Notes: generated by a model not told the origin, from the letters alone. DNA of 64,000 bases from Octopus bimaculoides (GCF_001194135.2 NC_068991.1:1392283-1456282); one strand, 5' to 3'; shown: positions 50,689 through 64,000, counted from the first letter of the stretch. A program made the numbers and translations.

Positions 50689-51965
50689 CGGTCTCCCATC
50701 CAGCGAACGAATATAAATACGTCACAGAATTTGGAAAACCGTCATTATGATCCTATGTTTTGCGAAGGGCCTTTCATCTCTTCATACGCGTACGCGCGTT
50801 TTTTTCATCTATCGGCCCCATACGTACATTCATATGCATGTACACGCACATATTATACACATACACTAATACATACATAATTCTTACAACTATAAGGGAG
50901 TCAAATGGAAAGTCTGACTGTATTTGTTCAAAATCTTGCGCTCTCTGTTCAAATCCAGCGGCGGTCAACTTTTCATTCATATTTTTGAGGTTGTGAGAGA
51001 ATTTGATGGGATGTCATGTGGAATCTGTTTCGGCTGTCGGATTTTCGGTGGTTCAAATCTCTCCTTTTCTCAATGACAAAACGAGAACCCGCTCCAACAT
51101 AAAGAATAACGGTGATAGGCTTGGGAAGTTCTTAAGCAAATGTCAAAGACAGACAGACAGACAGATAGATAGATAGATAGGTAAGTAGATAGATTGATAG
51201 ATAAATAGATATGCACATCCTTTATATACATAAACACATATATGGATACAGATATATGAATGTATATATGTGTGTATGTTTGTGTGTATATGCCCGCACA
51301 CACATGGACATATAAATGCAGGAATTTACGCAAATATTTATTCATGTGAATGTGTGCGAGTGCTTGTGTGCTTGTTGGTATATTCAGATAGGTTTGTGGA
51401 TTTATATATATATTGGTATTACTTTGGGTTTTGATATATGGATGGAAATAATTTTTCTATGTCCGTATAGATTTCGTTTCATTTTTCGTTTTGTTTATAT
51501 ATATATCGATACGTATATGTGAGTGAATGAATAATGTGTTATACATGAAGATATAGCGTGTTTATCTTGTTTAATTTGTTGTTTGGAGCGATATTCGTAC
51601 TTGGGACATTTCGTTTGTATTCCTAAAAATTGGTGGGAAAGTCTTCGGGCTTTCACTCTGTATATAAGTTGCAGTATAGACGCTAAACATTAAATTCTTG
51701 AAAATGATAATGCATATGTCTTGCAACTTCGGATATTTATTTAAGAATCCTATTGTTTCAAACTATCTGTAAAAAGCTAATACGAAAATATTAAAAAAAT
51801 TCTAAAGTAATACGATAAATCTTGACCGGTCGTGTATTTAATGAAATTTACATGAAAGAAAATGCTGTTCTCTCTCTCCATCTATCCAAGTGTGTGTGTG
51901 TGTGTGTGTATAATGATACACACAGACATAATTATATATGTACAAGCATACATACATATTCATAA

Positions 51966-52009
<44 letters not shown>

Positions 52010-52171
52010 TTATATTATATATGAATGGATATGTATGCATATGTTTATGTATACATATGTTTATGTGTATATATATATATGCGTACACACATATGCAAAA
52101 ACGTATTCAAATCATGTATACGCCATTATATTTCTCTTCGTATCCATAAAAAGTATATCTACTTACACACC

Positions 52172-52230
52172 TATATACACGCTGACACAGTCCTGCATAT
52201 ATATACACGCTGACACAGTCCTGCATATAT
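52172..52230. repeat. Tandem duplication of about 28 bp (TATACACGCTGACACAGTCCTGCATATA)
   Basis: Two adjacent identical copies. Confidence 0.9.
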
Positions 52231-53120
52231 AAAACCAGGAGTTTACGCAAATATTTGTGTGTGTAGGGTGTGTATGTGTGTGTTGGTATACTTAGGTTTG
52301 TGAATTTCGATGACAATGCATTATTTCGTTCATGTGTGTTTTTACACACATCCACATATACGTAGATACACGTAGATACACACAGGTATACATATATATC
52401 CATACCTACATATATACGCATAGACTTAGATTCTTTGAAGAAAAAACACGAATTTGGCGAAAGAATAGACGTTGTTATTGAAACAAATCTTATAACATGG
52501 AGATAATTCTGGTCTGTTTCTTATCGATAGCTTCATATTACTAACCAATTCTTTCGTTGTGATTATCATATTCTTTCATTCTTTGTTGCTATTGTTAGAG
52601 GGTGGTGGCGGTTTTCTTTTGTTCTCTTATCGCACTATTCTATTATTTTCTTTTCAAAGTCGACTAACCATGTATACACAGGTATATTTCCTGCGTGTGG
52701 AGCCATTTTGTTTTTGTTTATATCGATGGAAATGTCTAATAGAAAATCTCACCACCCCACAAATATTGTCTCTTTCTCTTCTCTCCTCCCCCTGAATCCA
52801 CCCTCTCCACAGGTCAGTGTTGGGGACAGCATCGTAATTAGTTTCCATCCTATATATACCACCCCACTGACCAGACCACGCTACCCCTTTCATCAACACC
52901 TTTTCCATCTGACAATAACATCACAGTTATTTCTCAATACAGAAAATAACTCTGCAACTAATAAACATCTATTAAAAGGTGAAGGTTGTGTGTATATTCG
53001 AAAGAGATTTTGGCTAAAATATGGAATTTTGGTGAGAGTGTGCACGGTTCTAGAATCAAGGAATGTGAGAAGTGAATGGAATATCACGTTTTAGACTGAT
53101 GGCGTTATAGAGGTAGCTAT

Positions 53121-53292
53121 GAGATGGCACAGATGCCTGTGTACCATCTCAGTGTGCCACCTAGGTAGATATAATGCCGCTCTAAATCCGTTATGACCCA
53201 CGATAGATACAACAGAACTGTGCAGTGTGCCACCTCTGTAGATATAAAGCATCTCTCAGTGTGACACTCAGGTAAATATGATGCAGCGCTCA
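53121..53292. repeat. Hairpin plus three copies of a motif of about 34 bp (CAGTGTGCCACCTAGGTAGATATAATGC-like)
   Basis: Hairpin 53121-53150; motif copies at 53150, 53223, 53257. Confidence 0.8.
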
Positions 53293-53997
53293 AAATTAAT
53301 GTGTCACATTGATAGATAAGAGAACATTGTAAACAATGTCCAAATGAAGTAGATATGTGCTACTGTTGCACAGATATTAATGAGACATCTACTCATGAAA
53401 ACACTGTACGTAATGAGTGACACATAAATATAACGCAATACATTATGTGTGTGTGTGTGTGTAGTATATTTACGTATCTGCCAGTATGCCACGGAGGTCA
53501 ACGGAAAATCACAGACCTCAATGTGTCACCACATTCCTCTTCGAGTCTCATTTTACATTCGCCACTTTATCTTTGGCACCAATGTATTTCTTGACCTCCA
53601 TCTAAGCAACCACGACAACGGATGAGGTTCTACGTTCGCCAACTGAACCGATTAGAAATAATAGACTCATAAAGGAAACATTTTCATTAAATCACAACCT
53701 GACCGATAGAAAAAATATAATTTGTTCGTTTGCATAGTTACAGGTTGGCTCTGCAATCGCATCGTAAGCGTAATCAGTTTTTCAATTTTACTTACATTAT
53801 AAAATTTCACGTAAAATGGGGCGCCTTGCTTCATCGTCTATATTTAAATGAGTTCAGACAGACGATAGAATACAAGAGTCTGGTTCATTGCGTGAGTCTT
53901 TCATATGAGATATTGATCGTAAAATTTTATTTCAAAGCCGTCACAGGCGAATGAGCTATTACAATAAGAGTGGTTTCGCTATTTTACCTTTTATCAT

Positions 53998-54377
53998 TGA
54001 CTTGTTCCAGTCATTAAACTGCGGTCATGCTGGGGCACCTCCTTGAGAGATCTTAGTCACACGAATCGACACCATTTCTTGATTTTTGTAAAACCTGGTA
54101 TTTATTCTATCGGTTTCGTTTTGTCGAACTGCTGATGTTAATAGTAACGTAAGCACACCAACACCTGTGGAGGACAAACACTGACACAAAAGCACACACA
54201 CATTATATGTATACGACGAACTTCTTTCAGTTTCTGTCTACCAAATCCACTCACTAGGTTTTGGTAGGTCCGAAGCTATAGTAGAAAACACTTGCCCAAG
54301 GTGGCACGCAGTGGAACTGAACCCGGAACCATGTGGTTGGTAAACAAACTTCTTTTCACACAGCCATGTCTGCGCTT
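53998..54377 (-). mobile_element. SINE family A, near full length
   Basis: CTTGTTCCAGTCATTAAACTGCGG ... CACTTGCCCAAGGTGGCACGCAGTGGAACTGAACCCGGAACCATGTGGTTGG ... CACACAGCCATGTCTGCGC. Confidence 0.95.
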
Positions 54378-54679
54378 ATATATTACACATTTATTACAAA
54401 ATCTTCAGCAAACTGGTTTTTATGATGTTTCATTTGTTTCCATACACATTCAACCTCCGAAATGTGGTGCATAAAATCGATACATTTTACGGATTTTGTG
54501 CTNNNNNNNNNNNNNNNNNNNNNNNNNNNNNNNNNNNNNNNNNNNNNNNNNNNNNNNNNNNNNNNNNNNNNNNNNNNNNNNNNNNNNNNNNNNNNNNNNN
54601 NNNNNNNNNNNNNNNNNNNNNNNNNNNNNNNNNNNNNNNNNNNNNNNNNNNNATATATATATATATATATAGTTCTTGT

Positions 54680-54815
54680 CTTACTCACAAGGCTGTAATA
54701 GGCTCGAGGTTATGGTAGAAGACACTTACCCAAGCAAGGTGCCAGGCAATGGGACTGAACCCAGAACCATGTAGTTGGGAAGCAATTTTCTAACCACATA
54801 CCCGCTCCTGCGCCT
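54680..54815 (-). mobile_element. SINE family A head
   Basis: TAGAAGACACTTACCCAAG ... GGGACTGAACCCAGAACCATGTAGTTGGGAAGC ... CTCCTGCGCCT. Confidence 0.9.
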
Positions 54816-55940
54816 ATAATATATATATGTATATATATGTGTGTGTTGTTTAATATGAATTAATGCTTTGTTGATCTTATCTTCGCGGAACAATATAATC
54901 TAATAACACACACACATACATGTTACACATATACACATTCATACATAGCAGCATGCTAGTATGTATGTGTGTATCTACACATACGTATATACATGTATGT
55001 ATTTCAACTGATGAAATCTATAACCAAGTCGGTGATTTTGAGTCTGCTTCACCTGTGCAGTTTTTGCTTGAAAATATTAGATTGAATTTTGTGACAAAAA
55101 AAGTTAAATAAAATAAAAACGTTACATACCTCCTTGTCTTCCCACCTCTCTCACTTTCACAAACACACACACATATATCAGAGACACAACATATATGACA
55201 CATACTCACATATCGGTTTCGAGTCCCCACAGACATGCATACACAACATATATATACAGAAATCCACTTACAATCTCAGCTACACACATATGTAGTCTAC
55301 ATGTGTACATATAATTCTATATATGTACATGTGTATGTGTATGCACCTGTAAACTGATATTATGTCCGCAGATACGCGTGTACATGTAGGTATATAATTA
55401 AATGATACGTATCTAGCCTGTAAATATTGATAATATGTGGCATACCTTACTTTCTCTTAGAAATCGCTACCTTTGGTTGGTTGTAAGATTCTTAGAATTG
55501 CTGCTTTAAACGTTCAACATTTCATATTTCATTTATTGTATATGATATAACTTGTAGAGGAGAATAGAGTCAAAGAGAATATAGAACAGGAAATAAAGAA
55601 TGATAATATCACATAGGGATAATTACATTTATTACAAATGTGGAAAGCTTTTACAAGAAACTGTTTGGAATTGAGGACTTAGTAAAGAGAATAGAAAAGA
55701 ATAAAAATGAACAAAAACGAAAATAACAATTTGTTGCTTTTGTTGTTTAGTGTTTTTTAATCTTAGTTTTGCCTAAGTACATTATTCCATATTCAATATG
55801 TCCTTCCTTTTATAAGACTTAAGTGTGTGATTTTAGAGAGCTCGGTTGCTTTTTCCTGTAAGCTGAGGGAACACAGAGAAAACACCTTCATTGGAGTGCA
55901 AAAACAAAGTCACAAATATGGCGACTTAAATCAGTTCTCA

Positions 55941-56210
55941 CTCATTCAGTAAAGTTCGACTCCCAAAGGCATGGATATTCTCCTCGATTCTCAGTAAGGT
56001 TCAGCTCCCAAAGGCATGGATGCTCTTCTCGATTCTCAGTAAGGTTCAGGTCCCAAAGGCATGGATGCTCTTCTCGATTCTCAGTAATGTTCAGGTCCCA
56101 AAGGCATGAATGCTCTTCTCGATTCTCAGTAAGGTTCAGGTCCCAAAGGCATGGATGCTCTTCTCGATTCTCAGTAAGGTTCAGGTCCCAAAAGCATGGA
56201 TACTCTCCGC
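55941..56210 (-). repeat. 6 x 45-bp minisatellite, encodes EEHPCLWDLNLTENR repeats on the minus strand
   Basis: Units at 55941, 55986, 56031, 56076, 56121, 56166; consensus GATTCTCAGTAAGGTTCAGGTCCCAAAGGCATGGATGCTCTTCTC; inside ORF 55942-56220. Confidence 0.95.
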
Positions 56211-57143
56211 TAAACTTCATCAGTATCCGTCTTTACCACACGAGTTCCTTCTGGTTCTTTTTAACCGTGAAACATTTCGGTAACACTGGGAATAGTATCA
56301 GCACAAGTTGCAGAAACGGTTAGAACAGTTGAGATAGGAGTCGTCTTGTCTGATGTACAATGGATTAGTTGAGGTTGTTGTCGTTGCTATTCTTTAGTAG
56401 TCTCAAACAGTTTTGTACCGTCTGATAAAGCTAAGAAACATGTCTAACATATAGAAGATGATATTTAAAGTTGTGGGCTATCATGTGAATAGAACATTTT
56501 TTTCTCTATAGTTTGCTTATACTGCATCGACGGAGATATAAGGATAGATAGATAGGCAGACAAACATGCACACAGACAGATAGACAGATATATATATAAT
56601 ATAGATACACACACACACATACAAACACGTATAAAGAAAGTGTGTGTGAGGAGGAGAGAGAGAGGGAGTGACGGAAGAGTATGGTAAAAATGATGCAGAG
56701 CTTATATCGGAGACTTAAACCGGAAGCTAGACTGAAAGACTGAAATGGGTGTCGGAAGAGAGTAAGCAAAGTTATGTCTGCTTGATATATAAATTTAGTT
56801 CTTTGTAGTGAATCTTCATTTCATAATCTGCAGTTCGGATATCCCACTGAAAGCGAAGAGAGAAGGCCAAACGTATATTTACTGGTTAACTCAGACAGGC
56901 AGATGTTCTGTTATGCAAATAGATATTTTCGGATCAGAGAGACTGACCTGATACATGTCGGGTCACCAAAGACTCGCACAGAATTCTATGTCTTTCCTTC
57001 TCTCTCTCTATCCGTCTGTTTATTTCTATCTCTGTAATATTTCAGTATATCTACACATATGCACTTAAAACTTAAATATTCGCAGCATATACATACTTCA
57101 AAGAATCCTGAAAGACATGTGCAGCCATGAGAAACACACGTAG

Positions 57144-57280
57144 ATATTGGTTTCAGAGCAGAAATTACGGGCGGAAGTGGCAAGTCGATGTATCGAAACC
57201 ACATTCTACTGGTACTATATCTATCTACTTTCGAAAATATAAAAGATAAAGTCGATCTCTGCAGAATTTCAACTCAAGAG
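57144..57280 (-). mobile_element. SINE family C, 3' part, diverged
   Basis: TATTGGTTTCA ... AAGTCGATGTATCG ... CTGGTACT ... AAAGTCGATCTCTGCAGAATTTCAACTCA. Confidence 0.7.
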
Positions 57281-57854
57281 TGTATATATACGTGTATGCA
57301 TGTATATATATATATATTCACAGATATACATATATTTGTATATATGTCTTTCTTTCTCTTTCCGCCTTTCTCTCTCCCCCTCCCTCTTTATATATACTTA
57401 ATTTGTGAAATTGTTTTAATCTAAACATTGACAACTAAAAATCTGCGTTTCCACGTGTTATCTTCACACCATATAGAGGAAAACGATATAAACTTAGCGA
57501 CAGAGTGTAAACATAAAACAATTAAGACGCTGAATACGGACAGCCATGAAAGCGATATCGGTTAATAATGAAGATGAAAAAAATGAATAAACGGAAGGTG
57601 TGAGAGATAAAAAGAAAAATTGAGATAGAAAAGATATTTGAAAAAAGAATAGATTTAAATACAGAGGATGGTCCGTTGAAGAAACGATTTTAATGTAATT
57701 ATGCGAAAAAAAGTGGAGAATAGAAACGATAAAACGTGAGATGGAGAAAGCACAATAGAAATGTGAATGTTTAGACAAATGTACGCAAACGCGCGCGCAC
57801 ACACACACACAGAGCATACTACACACACACATACATACGTACATTGTATTATTT

Positions 57855-57958
57855 CATTTGTTTCACTCATTTGACTGCGGCCACGCTGGAGCACCGCTAA
57901 GTTGCGGGGACGTAGATACACCAACATCGGCTGTCAAGCAATGGTGGTGGGGAACGCA

Positions 57959-57993
<35 letters not shown>

Positions 57994-58055
57994 NNNNNNN
58001 NNNTATATATATATATACGACGGGCTTCTATCAGTTTCCGTCTACCAAATCCATC
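57855..58055 (-). mobile_element. SINE family A, 3' part with internal deletion
   Basis: TTTGACTGCGGCCACGCTGGAGCACCGC joined directly to TAAGTTGCGGGGACGT; then CGACGGGCTTCTATCAGTTTCCGTCTACCAAATCCA. Confidence 0.9.
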
Positions 58056-58638
58056 CCGGTAATGCTTCCATCAATGGGAACGACGCTGGATAATGTATTT
58101 CGAACGAGATAAATGCTGAAATGGTATCTGTTGTAGTTCTCTCTTCTTTTTTTTTCATTTTCTTTTTTATCAGAACACGTGAATAAACTATTGCACACAA
58201 CTTCCATTGACTGTTTTATCATTTCTTCTCGTCTGCTCCTAAACCATTAAGGAGTCTTCAGAAGAAGGTAAAAGAATTTTAAAGCCAACGAAACATGGCA
58301 GCCAGTTTTCGAGGAGAAAACTCTTTTGCATTGCAGAAGAATTAGAACATCTCTCTATGATGTTCAAAATAAACCCGAAAGGTGCAACTTGGTACTACAA
58401 ACAAAAATTCACGCTACGAAATATTTCATTTCATTTTTTTTTTTGCATATTTATGCTTTTACATGACTTCCTCTTCCTATGTATCAATGTGTATCTACAT
58501 TTTCTATGAGTTGTGTTCGCACTTGTTTTCTTTTAAGGAGAGTCAGTTTAGTGATAACAATTTGTGTCGGAATACGAAGTAAACAGTAACACAAACCACA
58601 TCGTACGCACGTATACACGAAAAGTATTTTCGTAATAA

Positions 58639-58694
<56 letters not shown>

Positions 58695-58749
58695 GAATAT
58701 TTACTACTTTATTTATTTAATTATCTATCTATAAATATATGTCTGTGTA

Positions 58750-59070
58750 TGTATGTAAAGTTCAGTTTGTAACCAAGTCGTTACGGTTTCGATCGATTTG
58801 CACGGTGCCTGGAGCAAGTGTCTATAGCCTTGGGTTGAGATACAAATTGTGAATGGAATTTTGTGTGCTTCCATGTCTGTTTGTATTAATATTTATATTT
58901 ACCATTATTGTAAACCGATGCAGCAATGTGTGACTTTTTGTGTTAAAGCCTAACTTGGCGGTAAAATAAGAAACAGAATGCTAGAAGTAGTTAGATCTAT
59001 ATTATCGACAAAAATACTTGACAGCAATGCTCCGGAATCGCAGCATTCAATGACTGAATCCAATAAAAAA
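58750..59070 (+). mobile_element. SINE family A, old diverged copy
   Basis: GGAGCAAGTGTCTATAGCCTTGGG head; CAATGCTCCGG ... AATGACTGAATCCAATAAAA tail. Confidence 0.65.
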
Positions 59071-62068
59071 ATATAAGAATAAAAATATATAAATAACAAC
59101 AAGAATATTAACAATAGTTACATAATAACGACAACAAGATTAATAGCAATGATTAATAACATTAACAGCACCAGCAGCACAAATGATGCATAAGGATCAA
59201 TATGGAAGGAAGTTTGCTCAAGGAAACGTCTGCGTAGCGAGAGGAGCAATCCACAGCACAATTAAATAAACCAACACATATCACCAGTCAAACGCCATTG
59301 TCTTCACCATCCATACTACTAACGTATCTATATAGCTTTCGTACTAAACAACGTCTATCTATCTGTTTATCGCTATTCCTATATCCTCTCTATCTAGCTT
59401 GCCACCAGCCGACCGACCTAGCTACCTTTTCTCCGCAAAACAGCCTTATAGTTATCATTCATTATTCAATACTGCTTACGCTTTGAACAGAAGCCAAGAA
59501 AAGCCGGCAGGTATTCTGTGTAGAACCGCAACTAACGATTGATTGACAAAGACATGACTACACAGTGGCATCGTAGACTGAGGTTGTGTGGGGTGTGTAC
59601 GAGTTAAGAAACTAATATCTTATTCAAGAAATACTTTGGCAAATTATAGTGAAGAGTGTTTCCGATAGAGCATGAAGAATCTCTCACAATAACGTTGACT
59701 AGTTTGATCAGGCTGTCTTTACAAAAAGGTTTCGAAAAATAAAATCGATATTTTCAAAATCTGTACAGGAATTTTATCACCAATTCCACTTGGCTGCCAT
59801 TTTTGGTTAGTATTTTGTATTACACTTCAAATTTTCACGGTATTAACTTCAATTCTAGTATTATTTGCCGCTAGTTGATTCCTGATGGGAATTAATTGTA
59901 AACGCTTAGACAAAGAATAGAAAATTAACAAAGCAAAACAACACAAACAACAAAAATAAATAATAAATACATGAAATAAAGATTAGTTGGAAAATAAATA
60001 AAATCAAAAAAACATACTAAACAACAATTTGCTTTTTTTTTTTTGTCAGCAGGGGATTTGTTACGAGTTCATGTGTTGAAACTGATGGAATTACATGGTC
60101 TTAGACTCATCTTGGCCATTTCAAACAAATTCTATTATATTTAGTATGATGCTTTCTAATATGATATATATCATACACGGTCTCACACACACGAATAAAT
60201 ACATCTGTCAATCCGTCTCTCAGTATATGTGTGTGTGTGTGCACGTATTTTTCAGATATTTCTCTATCAAAAACACTATCTGCCTGTCTGCTTATCTGCC
60301 TGTCTATCTATCTATCTATCTATGGATGGATGTGTGTATCAGTTTGTCTCTAGCAAGCTAGCTCTATGTGCGTGCATGTGTGTGTATATATCTGTGTATA
60401 TACATTCATAGCAATTTATATGTCGTGAACTCTGTTTCAGACCATTAAATACAATTTTTCTAGTCAGTTAAATTACTAGAATAATAAGAGTACCATGTGT
60501 ACTTCTACTTCACATTCAATGTCTTTAAAACTGCTTCCCATATGTATGTGTGTGTATTGACAAGTAGATAGATAAATTGAGATGTATATATATGTGTAAA
60601 TATATCTATATATTTGCGCCTATGTATGTATATATACATACATGTATATATATATAGATATATATGTATAGATAAATACTCACACACACACCCGTTTGTA
60701 AGTATGTATGTATTTATATATGTATATATGTTTGTGTATTACATATAGGTCTTTTTTTTCACATTCACAAAATGCTCACCGATATTGTATTTCATTTTGG
60801 AACAAGAAAAATCACCCAGAGAAATAATTAAATTTGTTTGTTTCAGTTTATGTCAGTTTTAAATGGTAGATGCAATTATATTTTTCACCGTTGTCACTTC
60901 CCTGATCACACATTAGCTCGAACAATAACCACAAACACCACCACAGGAACAATAGAAATGAAGGACATATAATATAATGTCGTCACTGATACAGTATACA
61001 CAAATAATAAACTAATGACTTGTTGGTATGCAACCATAATATACTATGAAGTATATTGTGTTTAAAAGTCAATGCCACGTTCTACTGCGTTAGCAGTGCA
61101 TGTTTACATTATATTGTTAAGGTTATAGAATATCTGTAGAAATAATCTTTACAAATAAAAGAGTATATCTTTGATAATAGCCATACTACATTAAAACTGG
61201 GACTGCATGGGATTCGATATTATCAATAACCACAGCATAAAAGACACAGAAGAAATTTGTCCAAATTTGTATGTACAAAAATGGTTTTGGTCATGGCTAG
61301 ACTGTTTTGGGGTTTAATCACATTTGACCTGGGTGTTAGAAAAAAATGATCTAATGAATCTTTGCTAATAAAGAATGCAATGCATCCGTAGAGAACCAGC
61401 GTTTCGAACTAACTCTCTGGAAATTACGTGGTAGTAGAATTAAAGTCTGAACAAATCAGTGATTAGAATGGTGTTATATCAACAGACAAATTTAATTACT
61501 GATGACTTAGCACACAGCTATTGAGACATCAATACACAGATGGTTAAGACAAAAGTTAATCATCACACAGCATGTCGCCAACGGAGGTACAACCGTCACA
61601 GCTTCACTTAATGTAGTCTTACGGTTCTCAGTAAGTCTGAGAGTCCATTCTCATTCACGCAGACAGTCCTTATGTATGTGTATGCTCTTTGTATACACAC
61701 ATGTATGTATGCATTCTCGTGAAGATATAGACTTATTTGTAGATACGCACACGAATTTGCAAGCACACACAAACACACACAGACATACACAAGCACACAA
61801 CAGTCTTTGTGGAACACTTTTCGAATGACATTTCTTGTCACCGAAACTGAAAAACTTTTATATTAACAATAACTTTCTCTTAATCTTACCAAACTGACTT
61901 GTCACAACGAACTCACTTACCATTGGCAAGTTGACAGTATTTGTTCTTACACTGAATTTATTAAAGAATAAAACACTATACAATTTATTCGGTATTTCGC
62001 GTTTATTCGAATCGATAGTTTCTAGAAGAGGGAAGGACTTATAAGAAAATGTAGTCCTAGAGAACTTG

Positions 62069-62413
62069 TGTAGAAACTATCTTTGACCATAGAGCAACTG
62101 GGGCATGTGCCTTCTACGATATCTTTGGGTCGACCAGTGCCTTGTGAGTGAATTTGGTAGACGGAAACTGAAGGAAACGCGTCGTATAAATAGACACACA
62201 CACAAACACACGCGCATATATGTATGTATGTATTGTGTGTCTGTTTGTCTCCCAATAGCGCTTGACAACTGGTGTTGGAGTGTTTACATCCTTGTAACTT
62301 AGTGGTTCGACAAAAGCGAACCGATTGAATAAGTTCCATTTGAATACTGGAGCCAATGTGATCGACTTACGCCCCTCCCCGATATTGCTGGCCTTGTGAT
62401 AAAATTTTAAACC
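62069..62413 (+). mobile_element. Chimeric SINE: family A body with family C tail
   Basis: A body (TTGGTAGACGGAAACTGAAG, CGCTTGACAAC) to GAATAAGT at about 62334, then C tail ATCGACTTACGCCCCTCCCC ... TTGCTGGCCTTGTG ... TTTTAAACC. Confidence 0.8.
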
Positions 62414-63528
62414 ATAATTTAATGTCTTGCTTTGCAGTTGTTGTTGTTGTTGTTCATGCTGCTGCTGATGATGATGGGGGTTATACTGTCTGAATGTAAT
62501 AAATTGGATCAGGGATAAGCATGCATCCCAAATCATCGAAATCAACAATACTCTAATCATTGATGGAATAATAGGGTCATTAATGATTTCGTACTTTATC
62601 AGAAGATAAAGGGGGATCTGTAGTCGATGGAATCAGCAACAATTAATCTGCCGTATTTCATTAACAAATACAAACATAATTAGAATAGAGAACGTGGGAT
62701 GTTTGAATTAATTACTTCATGACATTTATTCCTAGATTATAACCTTTCTCTGATTGCTGCACACCAAACTGGATAAATATTACAATTAAATTCAAAGAAG
62801 AAAGACAAAGATTGGAAGAGAGAGAGAGAGAGAGGGGAGAGGGAAAGAGGGAGAGGATGAGGTGGTATTCAATGACTTCCTCTTTTATTCTTTCACACAC
62901 GTACATACATGCACACTATAACCCGGTCACATCACATCACACACCCATATTATTAAAGCGTACATATCTGCAAACAAGTGTACGATTATATGCATATGTG
63001 TGTATATTTATGTATATGTACGTTTATATATATATATATGTATATACACACATACACACACGCACATATATAGAGAGAGATACATAGATAGAATTATATA
63101 TGTACAAGTCTACTTACATGCATACATAGTATACACATTATAGAAACACATGTAACGAAATTCTACATATAGATGTACAACCACACACACACACACTACA
63201 CATCTATTCATATTTGCATAGAATCAGACAGAAAACGCACGCACCTCTGCACATACAGATCAGTTTCTGTTGCTTCCGCTTGTTGTATCCCTGCTTTACA
63301 CTCTTTATTTCTCTTGTTTTCAATACTTTCCGTTTACTGATAATGTAGCTCTGTCAAGTACACACTCATGTTATGAAAACCCGCCCCGCAAAGACGTGGA
63401 AAGAAAGCCTATAAAACCTTTTTACAAATTCCCACAAATAGATTGTAGACAAAGATTAACTTTTACCGTAACACGAAAATCTTATACTTTATATATACAC
63501 ATACATATAAGTACATGAATGTATATAT

Positions 63529-63653
63529 GCGGCAAATAGCTTGCTTCCAACCACATGGTTCCGGGTTCAGTCTCACTGCGTGGCACCATGAGCAAGTGTC
63601 TTGTACTATAGCCGCGGGCCGACCGCAAAGCCTTTTGAATGGATTTGGTAGAC
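63529..63653 (+). mobile_element. SINE family A head
   Basis: AGCTTGCTTCCAACCACATGGTTCCGGGTTCAGTCTCACTGCGTGGCACC ... GGATTTGGTAGAC. Confidence 0.9.
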
Positions 63654-63782
63654 TTCGATGCACACTGAGCGTTGTCTGCGATGGTTTAGCCATATGCAAT
63701 GCAAGAAAGGTGCCTTCTCTAGAATTCTACCGTACGTCTAAAATAAGTATGGATCATGTGCAATATATGGTATACATACTGC

Positions 63783-63819
<37 letters not shown>

Positions 63820-64000
63820 ACTCACAGATAAAAGAAACGTATATATGTATGATGTGCGTTGTATACGCGAGTTCTGTGTATCAAAGCTAAAGAATGGTCG
63901 TTAACAAAATTTTTTTCCTATTGTTATTTTAATGATTCGAGATATTGATATCAACGGTAGAACCTTAGGGAGATCGTGCTGGTTTTCATGACATCACAAT

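Noticed and set aside
52813-52833. 21-nt micro-exon VSVGDSI
   Set aside because: Good acceptor but a weak donor and too short to assess.
56786-57046. 87-codon stop-free frame
   Set aside because: It ends in low-complexity TC repeats, has no convincing donor and no recognisable motif.
3916-62470. Other CTGATGA/CTGAAGA hits (3916, 8094, 17951, 32726, 55009, 61499 and others) as hammerheads
   Set aside because: No suitably placed GAAA with paired stems.
2339-63820. Most ORFs in the supplied track ([16 protein letters not shown], poly-X)
   Set aside because: They are translations of microsatellites, SINEs or N gaps.

Overview
AT-rich animal genomic DNA with nine assembly gaps (about 2.8 kb of N in total) and very dense microsatellites. 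The SINE repertoire and repeat style are consistent with an Octopus genome (inference from remembered repeat families, not from a search). No protein-coding gene, rRNA, intact tRNA or CRISPR array can be called with confidence. Nearly all supplied ORFs are microsatellite, SINE or N-gap artefacts. Recognisable content: dozens of tRNA-derived SINE copies from three families (my labels A, B, C) plus a fourth interspersed repeat (D); decayed coding fragments of a Penelope-like element (GIY-YIG end), a Tc1 transposase, a CR1-type LINE and an R4/Dong-type restriction-like-endonuclease LINE; and a hAT MITE. Most interesting signals: (1) an inverted repeat at 109-1350 whose two arms each carry a type I hammerhead-ribozyme-like fold next to a Penelope fragment; (2) a second minimal hammerhead-like repeat family with an altered catalytic core (40136, 47924); (3) a 6 x 45-bp minisatellite that amplifies the EHPCLWD start of a MADF-like domain; (4) short periodic motif arrays (10591, 53121); (5) chimeric and inverted SINEs; (6) low-confidence candidate exons on both strands. 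All coordinates and alignments were read by eye and may be off by a few bases.
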